64,000 bases of DNA, taken from positions 53,878,001 through 53,942,000 of the forward strand of contig NC_043005.1 in the NCBI RefSeq assembly GCF_006345805.1, in the 5' to 3' direction. A program made the position numbers and the translations under genes. The DNA is from Octopus sinensis (lineage: Eukaryota). Shown here one piece after another: positions 1 through 14,426 of the stretch. The notes beneath the pieces are model-generated. The model made no database searches, was not told where the DNA came from, and saw nothing but the letters and a program-made list of their open reading frames with translations. How positions within the stretch are numbered: position 1 is the stretch's first letter; each line of letters starts with the position of its first letter.

Positions 1-3000
1 ATGATAAAGGGGGAGAAATACCCTTCGCCAAACAAGTAAAAAGAGAGAGAGTGGGAGAGACAGGGAGAGAGATAAACAAATGATGCTTACTTTTCATTAA
101 TGCTAATGAATTAGCCTTCATATTACTCTTATAATATTTTTTTGCTCACCGTGGTATGTATTAAAGCATGTTCTTACTTATCTGTTCTGTATCAAAACGC
201 ACTCTTCAGCTATTTTCCAATGCCTTTATAATTACTTATGAGTGTGTAGCAGCTTGTATATGTCTCTTTCATGTCTCTGTAGATGGCTTACATCCTTTCT
301 GTAATATTCTGAGTGCCACAAAGTAATTCCAGTTATAAGGTGTTAATTTTTAATGCTATAACTGTAACAGTAATAAATAACCATTGGTTATTACTCGTTT
401 CATTGTACATCCCTGAGTTAGGTACTTTTAATATAGTTAAACTTTTGCATAAAAAATAACATATTGACTCATTGTAAAATCCTTAACTTTTCTAAGAGAG
501 AATTTTTTGCTTCACACTATCTAAGACGATTGATATAAACATTTTTTCTCCTGTATTTCCTATGTTTGTTGATGATGTTAACTTTTACTTAGACTGTTTT
601 TGTGAGTTGTAATAATCTTTTTTTCATGTTTTACCCAAGATAAAATGTTCAAGCTTTGATTCCATTACATTGCTTTTCAATTATCTTAATCCATCTCATT
701 ATTGTTTTGCTATATATTTAAAGAAAGAAAATACTTCAGAACAGCGAAAAATTCCTTTATAAAATCAGTTTGTTTGGTTTTTTTTGTATCTTTTTTTTTT
801 TTTTGATGATGATAAAATTAACAAAATATATACTTATCAAACTTTCTTCATTGTGTCTAATTTTAAGTTAGCACCAGTATTTCACAGAAGAAAACAACAA
901 AACGTTTGCTTTTTTCTGCAGTTAAAAACAAATTTCAAGCCATAAAAATACACTGAACAAAAATAAAAAGATAAACCGTTTTTTTATCATTCTTATCACT
1001 ATTTCCACCAGCTTCAGTTTTACAAAAATACTTTTCTGATTGAATAGAGATGGATTAACAAGGAATGATTTAAACAGAAATCAAGTGGACACTTTTCTAA
1101 TTATTCTAAATTGAAATTTGCTTCTTTTATTTTTCAAACCCATTCAAACCATAGAACACAGCGCGATTTTTTCTACAGATTACTCATTTCCATATTAATT
1201 GGAGAAAGATTCACTTCCTCCAATATTTACTGTAAATCTTGTTATTAACCATCATAGAATAGATTTAATAGTATACAAGCAGCAAATTCAGATAAGGACA
1301 ATAATAGTTGTTTGCAATCAGTGAAATAGGTGCAGTTGGTCTGTTTTCTTTACAAACCTATGATTCAAGTATTAATCAAATTAGAAGCATGAGTTAAATC
1401 TGAAATTGGTCTTACTATATATCCCTAGGCTCTGAGTCTGAATGAAATGATTTATTTGATAGTAACAAAGGATATTCCTGAAGAATATTGCCTTCCAGAA
1501 ATAACATAAATTGATTCGTATACATTTTTCCTTACAAAATAATATAATAGTTTTCCTACAAACCTGTTGTAAATAAATAGTGTTTTAATTTGGAACATAT
1601 AAGCTCTGATAAAAACAATGTGCTATAATTAAGCCATGTTGTCAATTACATGCCAATAATGCAGACACTGTTTTCTTTCACTGCAATGTTTCATTTGTTT
1701 ACCTTTCTCAACAACATTGAAAACAGCTTTGTGTTTCGTGTTAGCAGCTGCTGTTTCTTGTTTAACAAAATCGTGTGTGTGTGTGTGTGTGAGAGAGAGA
1801 GTGTGTATGAGTGAGTGTGTGTGTGTGAGAGAGAGTGCGCACATGCGTGTGTGTGTGTGTGTACATACCAAGAATGAATTCTGTTCCTTTTATTAAAGAT
1901 GCCAAAGCTTCAGAAATGTTATCGTGGAAATAGTTTACTGAGACTAGTTTTATTTATAGCTTGACAATTATTGTTTTGTGAATTAAATGAGTCATTTAGC
2001 GAGGCCAATTTTTAGAACAATGAATCTTTGGAAACAATGAATTATTAAGAATGATGGTCATTTATCATTTTACCTATTAATTAATTATTGAAAAATATCA
2101 CCAGCAAATTATTATTTCTTACATTGTGTAATGTATATAATTAAACCATCTCTCTGTCTAATACATACATACATGTATACATACATACTTATATATACAT
2201 ATATGATATATATTATATATATATGATATACATATATATAATATGATATGAATATATACTATTATATATATATATGTATGTATGTATATATATATATATA
2301 TTATATATATATATATGTATATATATGTATGTATATATATGCACACACATAATGGAAGATAAACATGTAACCAAAACAGTCTAGATTTAATACACAAGAC
2401 AGAGATAGAAGAAATATATCCAGCATGGTTTGTTATTTAAAAGGCTGGTAACAATTTGCATAATAATTTTCAGTACTTCAATATATATTTTTGTGACAAA
2501 ATGATTGATTAAAAGCGAACTTGTGCTGATACCTGCTGGTGTGTGTCAGCATCAAGAAGTGAAGTACTTTAGAATCATTGTTTGTCCCAGACAAAAATAA
2601 AACTAAAGTAGCAGACAGCTGAAGAAAATGGTGAAAAGACGATGAATGTAAGTTCCATTATTTTGTTTTGGCTTTGATAGTCTGCACCAAGGAAAAAAAA
2701 AAATAGAAGTTTATTTTGAAGAAATGAGATTTATAGTGATGGAATCAGTAGGAGAGTTTTGTTTCTTCTTTTGTAATCTACACGTTGTAGATTTGTATAA
2801 CCATCTGAAATGGTTAACTTACATGTATGCGTCTATGCATGTCTGGGTATTTATTATATGTGTGTATGTAGACAGTGACAGCAAACTTTTGTATCACATG
2901 CCACCAACACAGCTTGCTTGTACCAATGGAACAATGGTGGACTTTCATCAAAAGTCAAGGAAAAACTAACTGAGAATGATGGATCATTTATGTAATTTCA

Positions 3001-3516
3001 AAGGAAGCAAATAACTTCTAGTAAATAACAGAGGTATCATGAGGCAGTTGCTTATTCAGAAACGTATTTAGTTTTCTATGTGAAAGTTTAATTTTGTGCA
3101 GCATGGAAAACATGATAATAGCGTCGAGGGAAATCAATAATACGGAAGAGAGTTGCAAATCGTTGTAATCACTATACATACATACACACATGTTTACACT
3201 TATACACACATACACATGTACACACATATATATATATATATATTGGGATACACATATATAAAGATAGGTTGATAGATGCATTTTTATGCACATATATATA
3301 GAAATATATATAAAAGAGTAAAAGAGAGAATTTATACACACACACGCATACATATATACATATGTATACACGCACAAACATGCACACACACACACATATA
3401 CGCCTATTTCTATATTTGTATCAACCTGGCATATATATATATATATATGGCAAAAATACTCATCCAGGCAATACAGACTTGGACATAACATTTGACCACT
3501 ATAAAATCAAGCAGCT

Positions 3517-4217
3517 GCACAGGCATGGCTGTGTGGTAAGAAGCTTGCTTCCCAACCACATGGCTCCAGGTTCAATCCCAATGTGTTTTACCCTGGGCAA
3601 GTGTCTTCTACAATAGCTGCAGGCTAACCAAAACCTTGTGGGTGGATTTGGTAGACAGAAACTGAAAGAAGCCCTTCATATATATATATATATATATAAT
3701 GATAATAAATATTAGGGAATAAATCCAATTTACAGGGAAAAAACAGATTTAGGATTGAATCCAATTTTATAGTAAAATATAATATAATATTAATTAGAGA
3801 CAAAACCACTATTATGCAAATCAAACAAAGAAAGACTTAATCCATTACATAAAAAATTTTATATAAATTAAATATAATTAATTATATTTAATTTATATAA
3901 AAGTTTTTATGCATTGGATTAAGTCTTTCTTTGTTTGATTTGCATAATAGTGGTTTTGTCTCTAATTAATATTATATATATATATATATGTATGTATGTG
4001 TCTTTGTGTTGGGGTTTGTCCCACCTTTACCACTTGACAATTGGTGTTGGTGTGTTTATATCCCTGTAACTTGATGGTTCAGCAAAAGAGAGCGATAAAA
4101 TAAAGTACCAGGCTTTAAAAAAAATTAGTCCTTGGGTCAATTTCTTCGACTAAAACCCTTTAAGGTAGTGCTCCAGCATGGCCACAAATGACTGAAACAA
4201 TTAAAAGAATAAAAGAA
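3517..4217 (+). mobile_element. Major tRNA/CORE-type SINE family, copy interrupted by the fold-back element
   Basis: tggctgtgtggtaag..ggttcaatcc..ccctgggcaagtgtcttct..; tail gactgaaacaa(aaaagaat)n. Confidence 0.8.
3708..3977 (+). mobile_element. Fold-back element (about 195-bp near-perfect palindrome 3782-3977 plus terminal motif) inserted in a SINE
   Basis: Arms aatattaattagagacaaaaccactattatgcaaatc... and its reverse complement, with about 3 mismatches. The terminus tattagggaat..ccaa..ttacagggaaaaa is shared with 34950-35000. Confidence 0.75.
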
Positions 4218-4953
4218 TCACTAACAGTTTATATACTGATGATGATAACATGAAATTCTAGAACCATCCATAATTATAATGAATGTGAGATCTTATTGTT
4301 CCAAAGAAATTGTAAGGGACTCCTCATTGTTTCCAGTATGTTTAAATGATGTACTATTCTTTTTTACATGCAATAAGCACCATGAATCCTTACTCTCTCT
4401 CTGTATTATTGACTTCTTTCTCATTACAGATTATTACAATCTTCTGACAAATAGATAAGTAGAAAGATACACAGATAAATAGCTAGATACATTGACAGAC
4501 ACACAGATAGATATCGTTATTGGCCATGCTGGGCTAAATACAGAAGGGACAAAATGCAAAGTAGAGCTTTTTTGGGGGGGAAGAAGAGAAGGGGGAAAAA
4601 AAGGGGGGGCACGAATTCCAATCAAAAGGGATCGTGAGAAGAAGAAAAACAAGAAACAAGGGGGGTGAATTCCGATCAAAAGGGATCGTGGCAATAGGGA
4701 TCGTGTATCACTGTAAAAGGGGAGAACAGATTAGGTTTGTCCGTGGATAGAAAAGCCTATGGAAAAGACCACGGGAACCTTGGGCAATAGTGTCATGCGA
4801 AAAGAAAACTCATTACAGTAAATGGCTCTCTTTTTTCCATCTTTTTTTTTTCTTTTGGTTCATAGGATTATGCTCAAGAGAAGATAGATAGATGGATGGA
4901 TGGATAGATAGATAGACAGACAGACAGATAGATAGACAAACAGACAGACACAC

Positions 4954-5000
<47 letters not shown>

Positions 5001-5550
5001 CAAACAGACACACAGATATAAAGATGACCATGTAATTTCTTTTGAAAGATATGTAGGACATCAAATGTATCTTTTCATTATTTGAGACTGCTGGGTTGGG
5101 TGAATTTTAAGATGGTTGGCCAACATCCTAGAAATAGCAACCATACCTTACTGTCTTAAACAAAGAAAAGGCACATTAAATAATGTGATCATATTGCGGC
5201 TACTTTCCATTCATAAACATTTTGACTGTTGACGTCAGTTTTGTTTCTACCATCAACAAATAATGATTTGGCCAGACTGACTGATTTTAGTTTGTTGTTG
5301 CCATGGTGACCATCTAAGTTTTAAGATTTTGTATTGTGTTTTGCTATTAATATAACTTCTATGATGAATCGTCTTGGAAGTAATATTTTTGAGAAATTCT
5401 ATGTAAGGTTGCTATGGCATCGTAGGTGCCAGCATCACTGTGTAGTTGAGAAATTTGCATTGCAGCCATATGTTTTAGGTTCAATCTCACAGCACATTTG
5501 TGCAGCTGTAAGTTTACCATAGCTTCATAGTGTAGATGTCTATATGTATG

Positions 5551-5616
<66 letters not shown>

Positions 5617-5617
<1 letters not shown>

Positions 5618-6021
5618 GGCGTAGGAGTGGCTGTGTGGTAAGTAGCTTGCTTACCAACCACATGGTTCTTGGTTCAGTCCCACTGCGTGGCACCTTGGGC
5701 AAGTGTCTTCTACTATAGCATCGGACCGACCAAAGCCTTGTGAGTGGATTTGGTAGACAGAAACTGAAAGAAGCCCATCGTATATATGTATATATATATA
5801 TTTGTGTGTCTGTGTTTGCCTGCCCCCTCAACATTGCTTGACAATCAATGCTGGTGTGTTTACGTCCCCGTAACTAAGCGCTTCGGTAAAAGAGACTGAT
5901 AGAATAAGTACTCAGCTTACAAAGAATAAATACTCGGATCGATTTCTCGACTGAAGGTGGTGCTCCAGCATGGCCACAGTCAAATGACTGAAACAAGTAA
6001 AAGAGTAAAAGAAAAAAAAGA
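5617..6021 (+). mobile_element. Major SINE family, full length
   Basis: aggcgtaggagtggctgtgtggtaag...caccttgggcaagtgtcttctac...aaatgactgaaacaagtaaaagag. Confidence 0.88.
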
Positions 6022-6078
6022 GTATATATATATCTTAAAGAAAATGAGATAATAAAAACCAAGGCTGTGTGAAATTTT

Positions 6079-6477
6079 ACTCTCTTGTTTCAGACATTTG
6101 ACTGTGGCCATGCTGGAGCACCGCATTTAGTCAAACAAATCAACCCCAGGACTTATTCTTTGGAAGCCTAGTACATATTTTATCGGTCTCTTTTGCCGAA
6201 CCGCGAAGTTACGGGGATGTAAACACCCCACCATTGGTTGTCAAGCGATGTTGGGGTCAAACAAAGACACAAACATATACACACACATGCATATATATAT
6301 ATGCATATATACGACGGGCTTCTTTCAGTTTCTGTCTACCAAATCCACTCACAAGGCTTTGGTTGGCCCGAGGCTATAGTAGAAGACACTTGCCCAAGGT
6401 GCCACGCAGTGAGACTGAACCCGAAACCATGTGGTTGGTAAGCAAATTACTTACCACACGGCCACTCCTACGTCTAT
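6079..6477 (-). mobile_element. Major SINE family, full length, inverted relative to 5617-6021
   Basis: Reverse complement of the same consensus. Confidence 0.88.
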
Positions 6478-6501
6478 AGGACATTTATAAAGAAAAAGGA
6501 A

Positions 6502-6549
6502 GTCTTACAACTGTTTCTGAGGTATTAGGAATATCTCTTCATCAGAGAC
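6502..6549 (-). ncRNA. Hammerhead ribozyme motif (imperfect stem II)
   Basis: Minus strand gtct-CTGATGA-agagatattcctaatacctca-GAAAC-agtt-GTA-agac. Stem I gtct/agac. Confidence 0.6.
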
Positions 6550-7187
6550 GATATGAGAGAGTTAACTAGAGGGAAATAGTAGAGTTCAATATAAGGTGAT
6601 ATTTTGGAAAAGAATGGACATAAGACAGACAAAGGGAAATAAGAGAACAAAAATAAAAATAAAAGTAAAAATATATGTAGGATGTTACAGTTTCAGTTCC
6701 ATATATAAGTAAGTATGTATGTATGTATGTATGTACGTATGTATGTATGTATGTATGTATGTATGTATGTGTGTATGTATATATGTACGTGTGTGTGTAT
6801 GTGTGTATGTATATGAATATCATCTGCTTTAAAAAGCAACTAACAGTCTTGTTATCAGTTTGAAAATGATGAAATATATTACTGCTTTGCCCAGGAAACT
6901 GTAGGAAATGTCTGCATTATGTCTGCACTGGGATGTAGTGGTTGATAACTTTGTGGGTGTTTACCAAGTCCGTTGCCAGACGCCGGAGCTTCAGTGAATC
7001 CATGCCTTCTCAAGAGAGCTCAAGCTGAATGCTAACAAAGCAACAAGACTTTTTGAGTTTAAGAGAGTTCCCAGTGTTTGTAAATATGTGGTTGAGTTGG
7101 TGTGTTGATTGAACTGTTGATCCATACACCAAAGTGTGTGCATCTATTCACGTGAGAAATCTCAGATGGAAAATGTTTGGAATGTTT

Positions 7188-7553
7188 AGGTGGAGGAGTG
7201 GCTGTGTGGTAAGTAGCTTGCTTACTAACCACATGTTCAGTCCCACTGTGTGGCACCTTGGGCAAGTGTCTCCTACTACAGCTACAGGCCGACCAAAGCC
7301 TTGTGAGTGGATTTGCTAGACAGAAACTGAAAGAAGCCCATTGTATATATGTATATATATATGTATGTGTTTGTGTCTGTGCTTGTCCCCCCAACATTGC
7401 TTGACAACCAATGCTGGTGTATTTATGTCCCTGTAACTTAGCGGTTCGGCAAAAAGAGACCAATAGAATAAATACTAGGCTTACAAAGAATAAGTCCTGG
7501 GGTTGATTTGCTCAACTAAAGTTGGTGCAAATCAAATAAAAGAATAAAAGAAT
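7188..7553 (+). mobile_element. Major SINE family (a further 5'-truncated copy lies at 7817-8040)
   Basis: Same consensus. Confidence 0.85.
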
Positions 7554-9675
7554 GTTTAACAAATTTTCACTGTGCCAGTGATAGATTGAATTTGGAGAAC
7601 CCACAACAGTTTCTTTTGCTCTTTCTCCATGAAAATGAGTATTTCTAGTAATTAGTGCAAATTTGTTGATGCATAAACTAATGTACTAAATGATAGTTAC
7701 AAATGAGAATTCATGTATGTGTGTGTAAGTATATGTTTATGTATGTATGTATGTATGTGTGTGTCTTTGTGTGTTCTGCAAGTCTGCTTGCATGTAAAGC
7801 AAAACAAAATAAACTCTGGGTTCAGTCCCACTGCATGGCACTTTGGGCAAATGTCTTCTACTATAGCCTCGGGCCGACCAAAGTCTTGTGAGTGGATTTG
7901 GTAGACAGAAACGGAAAGAAGCCCATCGTATAAGTATATGTATATGTGTGTATATGTTTGTATGTCTGTGTTTGTCCCCTCCACCATCGCTTGACAACAG
8001 ATGTTGGTGTAATTAGTTTTAAGCCCTTGTAACTTAGCAGTATGTATGTATGTTTGTTTTGTATTTAGAGGTGGCTCATCATAAAGATGAAGAAATTCAC
8101 AAGTTACAAAAAGGATTCAGTTCCGTTAATGACAGGGTATATTTTATTTATTTTGTAGCTACTTGCAATCTGTAAAATAGTTCCAGTTCTTAAAACGACT
8201 TGATGAGAGTTAATGGAGAAATATAAAAACTGAAGCAAATTTGATTTAAAACAGAGGTAAATGTAGATATGAAGATAAAAAGTCTAAAGGAAGACATGAA
8301 TGTGTTAAAAGTTGTTGGAGTTGGAATAAAATAATTGTTTTAACTAAATAATTGCTTTAACAAAATTACAATATTGCTCAAATTTATATCTTATTCTACC
8401 AACAAGATTGCATTTTAATTTGGTGCCAAACCAACAAAATAGATTTTTTTTAATGCAAATATTTACAATGCATACTTAGATATATTTTGCTAATAATTGT
8501 AGTAAATTAAACTTCTACTAATTATTATGTATCACCATAGGTGTTTACTGTAATATTTGGTGTTAACCCTTTAGTATTCAAACTGGTCATATCCAGCTCA
8601 AATAGTCTACTTGTTGTATGTTCAAAGTGACTGCAGCTCCAAGCTGACTGAAGCCTTGTGAGTGGATTAGGTAAGCGGAAACTGAAATGAAACCTATCAT
8701 GTGTGTGTGTGCGTTTATTTATGTGTATGTAAGTGTGCTACTGCCTCCTTGTCTCCTTGTCTTGACATAGCATGATAGTTGTAATGCCAACTGTGTCCTT
8801 TATTCCCAATCTTTCATGAAAACATGTTTGATTATGGCAACGGGAAGGGCATCAAGCTGTAGAAAACCTGCTCCAAGAAATCCATCCAACCTACTGAAGC
8901 ATGGAAAAGCGGTCATCAAAATAATAATGACGACAACGACGACGATGATGATGGCAACGACGACGATGATGATGATGATGATGACAATGATGATGATGAC
9001 GATAATGATGATGGTGATGATGATGATGATGATAATGACGACAACCGTGGTGACACTGATGATGATGAGGGTTTATGATACAACCAAAATAACTTAACTT
9101 ATCCTTTATTAATTTAATCAGTTAATATATGGGTATTTATTTTTTAATTATTTAATCTATACCAAAATTCAAATTTATATTTCATCTATTCTGTGTTCCT
9201 TTTTCTTATGAGGAAAACCATTTTTATTTCCCACTCCACCTTCTTCCAAAAGCCTCATGGCTTTCTGAGTTCATTTCTTTTTTTTTTTTTTTCTCACACC
9301 TTCATTTTGTCACCTATATATTGCAATCTTTATGATCTGTTCTCAGTTAACTCTGATAAATTTATTTATTTTAAAAACTGATACAATATTGCATATTGTA
9401 AGCATTAATGGTATAATTATAAAATACTCCCTTCTAACCACATTTACTCTTTCATTCACATTATGGATCACTTTGTTTTTGTCAGCAAACATATTTTCAA
9501 ACATGCACATATACACACAAACAAACAGACACATGCGTACACATACACACATACATACAGTCAGACAGATATATGCAAATATATATGCACATACATTTTA
9601 AAATTCCTCTTTCTGTTATCATTACCATCATCATCTCTATTATTTTGTTATTATCATTATTGCTGTTATTATTAC

Positions 9676-9711
<36 letters not shown>

Positions 9712-10404
9712 CATCATATGTTTATATTATACAAATGCATATGCAAAAACATGTGTGTGTGTGTTTGCTATATATTATATATTAAATTATTAGACTGAAA
9801 GATTTAAGCGACAATACTGTATACCGAAATTGAAAAAAAAAAAAAAGAAAAATGAAAAATAGATCTTTGCAAAGAAATAATGGCTTTAATATTATATTAT
9901 ATTCTGTTAGAATATAAACATATTGATTTTCTTTTTTACTAAGCAAAAGAAGCAATATTTTACAGTGGATAGGTTATAGTTGATTAATTTGATTCCAGTA
10001 TTTACTGGCACAGATTTATTGACCCCAGAATGAAGAAAAACATGATCTAACCTCTGGGAAAATATGAATTAAAAATGCAGATACAACTCTATATTGCATC
10101 TTCAATAGGTATATCAATCTATCAAGCTAGAAATATCAACCAAATATGCCTTTTGCAAGAATATCCTAAAAGGGATGTGTTGGATTATAAAGTCCATGTT
10201 AGTCAACGGCTCAAAACAGGATGAATAATTACTACTGGAAAGCCCTTCCTCATAGGTGTGCTCAGTCAAGGATATCCTGGAATTAAACAACAGACTCTGC
10301 AATGCATTTTAATTACTCTCACTTTAACCCACCTGATGCTGCGGCTTGTCTTTGATGCAATATATTTCACAATGTTCATATTTATTCCAGCATGCCCCAT
10401 AATA

Positions 10405-10636
10405 ATTTTATCTCTTTTATTCTTTTACTTCTTTCAGTCATTTGACTGTGGCCATGCTGGAGCACTGCCTTTAGTCGGGCAAATCAACCCCAGGACTAAT
10501 TCTTTGTAAGCCTAGTACTTATTCTATCAGTCTCTTTTGCTGAACCACTAAGTTACGGGGATGAAAACACACCACCATTGGTTGTCAAGTGATGTTGGCG
10601 GGGACAAACACAGACAAACAAACATATACACACACT

Positions 10637-10678
<42 letters not shown>

Positions 10679-10843
10679 TACGATGAGCTTCTTTCAGTTT
10701 CCGTCTACCAAATCCACTTACAAGGCTTTGGTTGGCTTGAGGGTATAGCAGAAGATACTTGCCCACGGTGCCATGCAGTGGGACTGAACCCAGAACCATG
10801 TGTTTGGTAAGCAAGCTACTTACCACACAGCCACTCCTACGCC
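10405..10843 (-). mobile_element. Major SINE family
   Basis: Same consensus. Confidence 0.85.
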
Positions 10844-11002
10844 TTATCTCAGAACTTTTTGTTGATTTATGTGCCAAAACACCACCTTAATAAAGAAAGG
10901 GAAGTTAATTATGTTAATAAAGCCCTTCTCAATTCTAATTTTTACTTGTTTCTACTGTTTCAAAGAGTAGTTTCTAAGCAATGTAAGCTTCATCATCTGT
11001 GG

Positions 11003-11036
<34 letters not shown>

Positions 11037-12537
11037 TAATAACAATAATAACAATAATAATAATAATAATAACAATCTTTTCTACTATAGGCACAAGATG
11101 TGAAATTTAGTGGAAGGAGGCCAGTCAATTAGACAGACCCCACTACTCAACGGGTAGTTAATTTATCAACCCCAAAAGGATGAAAAGCAAAGTCGACTTC
11201 AGCAGAATTTGAACTCACAACATAAGGACAGATCAAATGCCACTAAGCATTTTGCCCAGCATGCTAACAATTCTGCCACCTCGCTGTTCTCCAATAATTA
11301 TAATAATAATAATAATGGTTTCAATTTTTAGCACAAGGTCAGCAAGCTGGAGAACAGACTAGTTGATTATATCAACCCGCAGTGGACAACTGGTACATAT
11401 TTTATTGACCCCGAATATGAAAGACAAAGTTGACCTCAGAAGAATTTGAACTTAGCATGTAAAGCCAAAGAAATGCTTCTAACCATTTTATTCAGAGTGC
11501 TAACAATTTTGTCAGCATGCCAATTTCACTTTCCAATTTTAATTTTAGAAATTAATTACAGCATATAAACTATGTATATAAACATGTAATCGAAGGGGTT
11601 AAGTGTATTTAAACTGCTCATATCCAGCCCAGATATTCTATCTGTTTATTGTTCAAACCAGCCAAATCTAGCCTCTCACAATTACCTTACAATATCAATG
11701 AAAAACACACAATCACATCATTGAAATCTCAAAGTTACAGGATATGCATGATTAATTTGAAACAATGTGAATAAGTAAGCATTACATTTGACTGAGTAAT
11801 CTGAATGGTTAAAGGTTTAAAAACTAATTATTTGACAAAATCTTGGATCAGCCCACACACTTATCAAGGAGGTTCTTTGATTAGATCTGTCTGTGTCAAA
11901 GGAAAATCAAGGCTAGTACATCTGAAAGGGACAAGCAGATGCAAATGTTGGTGAGATTCAGTAGAACTCAGCTCAGTTACCTTAGTGGTAATTTGTAGCT
12001 TTTATAGCTGGCCATTGACTCATTGTTGAGTTCATCCAGTCTTGTAGTCAGATACTGATTTTTCCCTATGTAGGTATTCATCTACCCTTCAAATACTAGA
12101 GTGAATCCACAGAGTAGTCGATGGCAGTTGAGTCACCGTTGTTCTGATGATGAAACAAGAAGCACAGGTTTACATGATTATCAATAGTATTTTATTTTTG
12201 AGATGATCTGAACTGACATGTAACATGTACATCTACATTAGTTTATGTGTCTTTTCCTTAATTAAAATTGTAGGTTGAAATTGAGCAAGATTCAGCTGTT
12301 ATGTCTTTGAGGTTGTGGACGCATGTAAGGGCATCCTCATTGGCGTGATCTGCAGGGAATTCATTCTAGCTGGAAATCAGTAGAAATAAGAAGTAACATG
12401 AAATAGCTCAATGACACAATGACTCTTACACTACAGATGCAGCTCAATTAAGAGCTCAACTTCTCCCTACTCTAAATCACTCATACACATGTATATCTGT
12501 ATGTATCTATATATGTATGTATGTGTGTATGTATGTA

Positions 12538-12830
12538 TCATCATCATCATCATCATCGTTTAACGTCCGCTTTCCATGCTAGCATGGGTTGGACGGTTCA
12601 AATGGGGTCTGGGAAGCCCAAAGGCTGCACCAGGCAAGTCAGATCTGGCAGTGTTTCTACAGCTGGATGCCCTTGCTAACGCCAACCACTCCTTGAGTGT
12701 AGTGAGTGCTTTTTATGTGCCACCGACACAGGTGCCAGACGAGGCTGGTGAACAGCCATGCTCAGATGGTGCTTTTTACGTGCCACCAGCATGGAGGCCA
12801 GGTGAGGCTGGCAACGGCCACGATTGGATG
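12538..12830 (-). mobile_element. 3' UTR fragment of the same RTE family
   Basis: (cat)n-cgtttaacgtccgctttccatgctagcatgggttggacg...tttctacagctggatgccctt, as at 48113-48420. Confidence 0.8.
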
Positions 12831-12866
12831 GTCTTTGTTATGCATATATGTATGTGTGTATGTATG

Positions 12867-12903
<37 letters not shown>

Positions 12904-13236
12904 ATATATATATATATATGTATATACACATGTATGTATATAATCATGTTCCATGCTTGCATGGGTTGGACAAAAATGTTTTTCAGTGCCTACTGGAATC
13001 ATAATCCAGACACACCATAAATTGTGCAGACATGCTAAACACTAAGGCAATTGTCATTTTATTCATTCTTTCACTCATTCATCCATTCATCTATCCATTC
13101 ATCTATTCATACATACATACATGTTTTGTGTGTGTGTGTGTAATTGCACACACAATTACGGAGAAAGAGAGTGAGAAATGGTAAAGTGTAATGCATAAAT
13201 GAAAATCAGAAGAATTCCGTTTTTCCTTTGTTGCAG

Positions 13237-13290
13237 ATTGCAGAAGAGATGGAAAAAGAAAGAAAAATGTTTCAGTTACAAGCATGTGAA
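13237..13290 (+). CDS. Asap: Internal coding exon (54 bp, phase 0/0) of an ASAP-family Arf-GAP with SH3, ANK and PH domains; BAR-domain segment
   Basis: Acceptor ttttcctttgttgcAG, donor GTaagt. Translates IAEEMEKERKMFQLQACE, versus human ASAP1 IAEEMEKERRLFQLQMCE (recalled from memory). No neighbouring ASAP exons were found in the window. Confidence 0.9.
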
Positions 13291-14287
13291 GTAAGTATCT
13301 TTAATGACAGGACGGACATCTGACTATAAAGCAATGCTTTAGTAATATTTATTCGTCTACCACTGCAAAATAGACAATATAATGAACAAAATATCATAAT
13401 GAAAATTGTATTTTTACCATTCAGCTGGTCATTATATTTCTTGACCATCCAACACTGACATCAACAGATCAGCTGTCCTCTATTATAATGACCATCACTA
13501 ATGGCATTTCAAGTTTACCAGGTCACTATGTAACTGACCACTAATAACTGATATCTACTTATTGCTAATGTATATGTAATAAACCCTTAAAGAGAGAGCC
13601 CCAGGATGACCACAGTCCAATGACTGAAACAAGAAAAGGATAAAAGATAGATAGTCCCCTAAAACATTTAGTCATGGGACCCCTAGGCTAATCCTTGCTT
13701 TGATAGTGAAAGTGGGCTTAACTCTAGCATTTAATCCAGCCATTTCTGGTCCAGATATTCTCCTGGTTTTATGTTAAAACTGAGCAGATCCAATGTCTCA
13801 CACTTACCCTACAAGGTCATTCTAAAAATAAACAACCACATCATAGAAATTGTGAAGCTATGAGAAAATGCATGATTAATTCAAAACAATGTGAATAAAT
13901 AAGGTTTACATTTGACAAAGAAATCTGAATGTTCAAGAGTTAAAGTTGTATTTGTGTGGTCTATTCTATCCATATTAGATACCATAAGTGAATTTGGCAC
14001 TGCTAGGTTTCCATACTTTGTGATTTTGGCATTGCTTTCCATACTTTGATTTTGGCATATATATACATATATTCATATATATATATATATGTGTGTGCGT
14101 GTGTGTGTGTGTGTGTGTGGTAAGTAGCTTGCTTACCAGCCACATGGTTCTGGGTTCAGTCCTACAGCATGGCACCTTGGGCAAGTGTCTTCTACTATAG
14201 CCTTGTGAGTGGATTTGGTAGACGGAAACTGAAAGAAACCCGTCATATATATGTTTATATATGTATATATATATATATATATAATAT

Positions 14288-14366
<79 letters not shown>

Positions 14367-14426
14367 ATATATATATATATATATGTATGTATGTATTTGA
14401 GTGTGTGTGTGTGTGTGTGTGTGTGT

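Noticed and set aside
250-1770. Decayed coding-like minus-strand tract
   Set aside because: No continuous frame or recognisable motif.
2591-2647. Possible + exon (cccAG...GTaagt)
   Set aside because: Stops occur in all three frames from the main acceptor, and there is no ASAP similarity.
8069-8330. Exon-like segment EVAHHKDEEIHKLQK..
   Set aside because: Weak donor, stops in the adjoining segment, and no recognisable homology.
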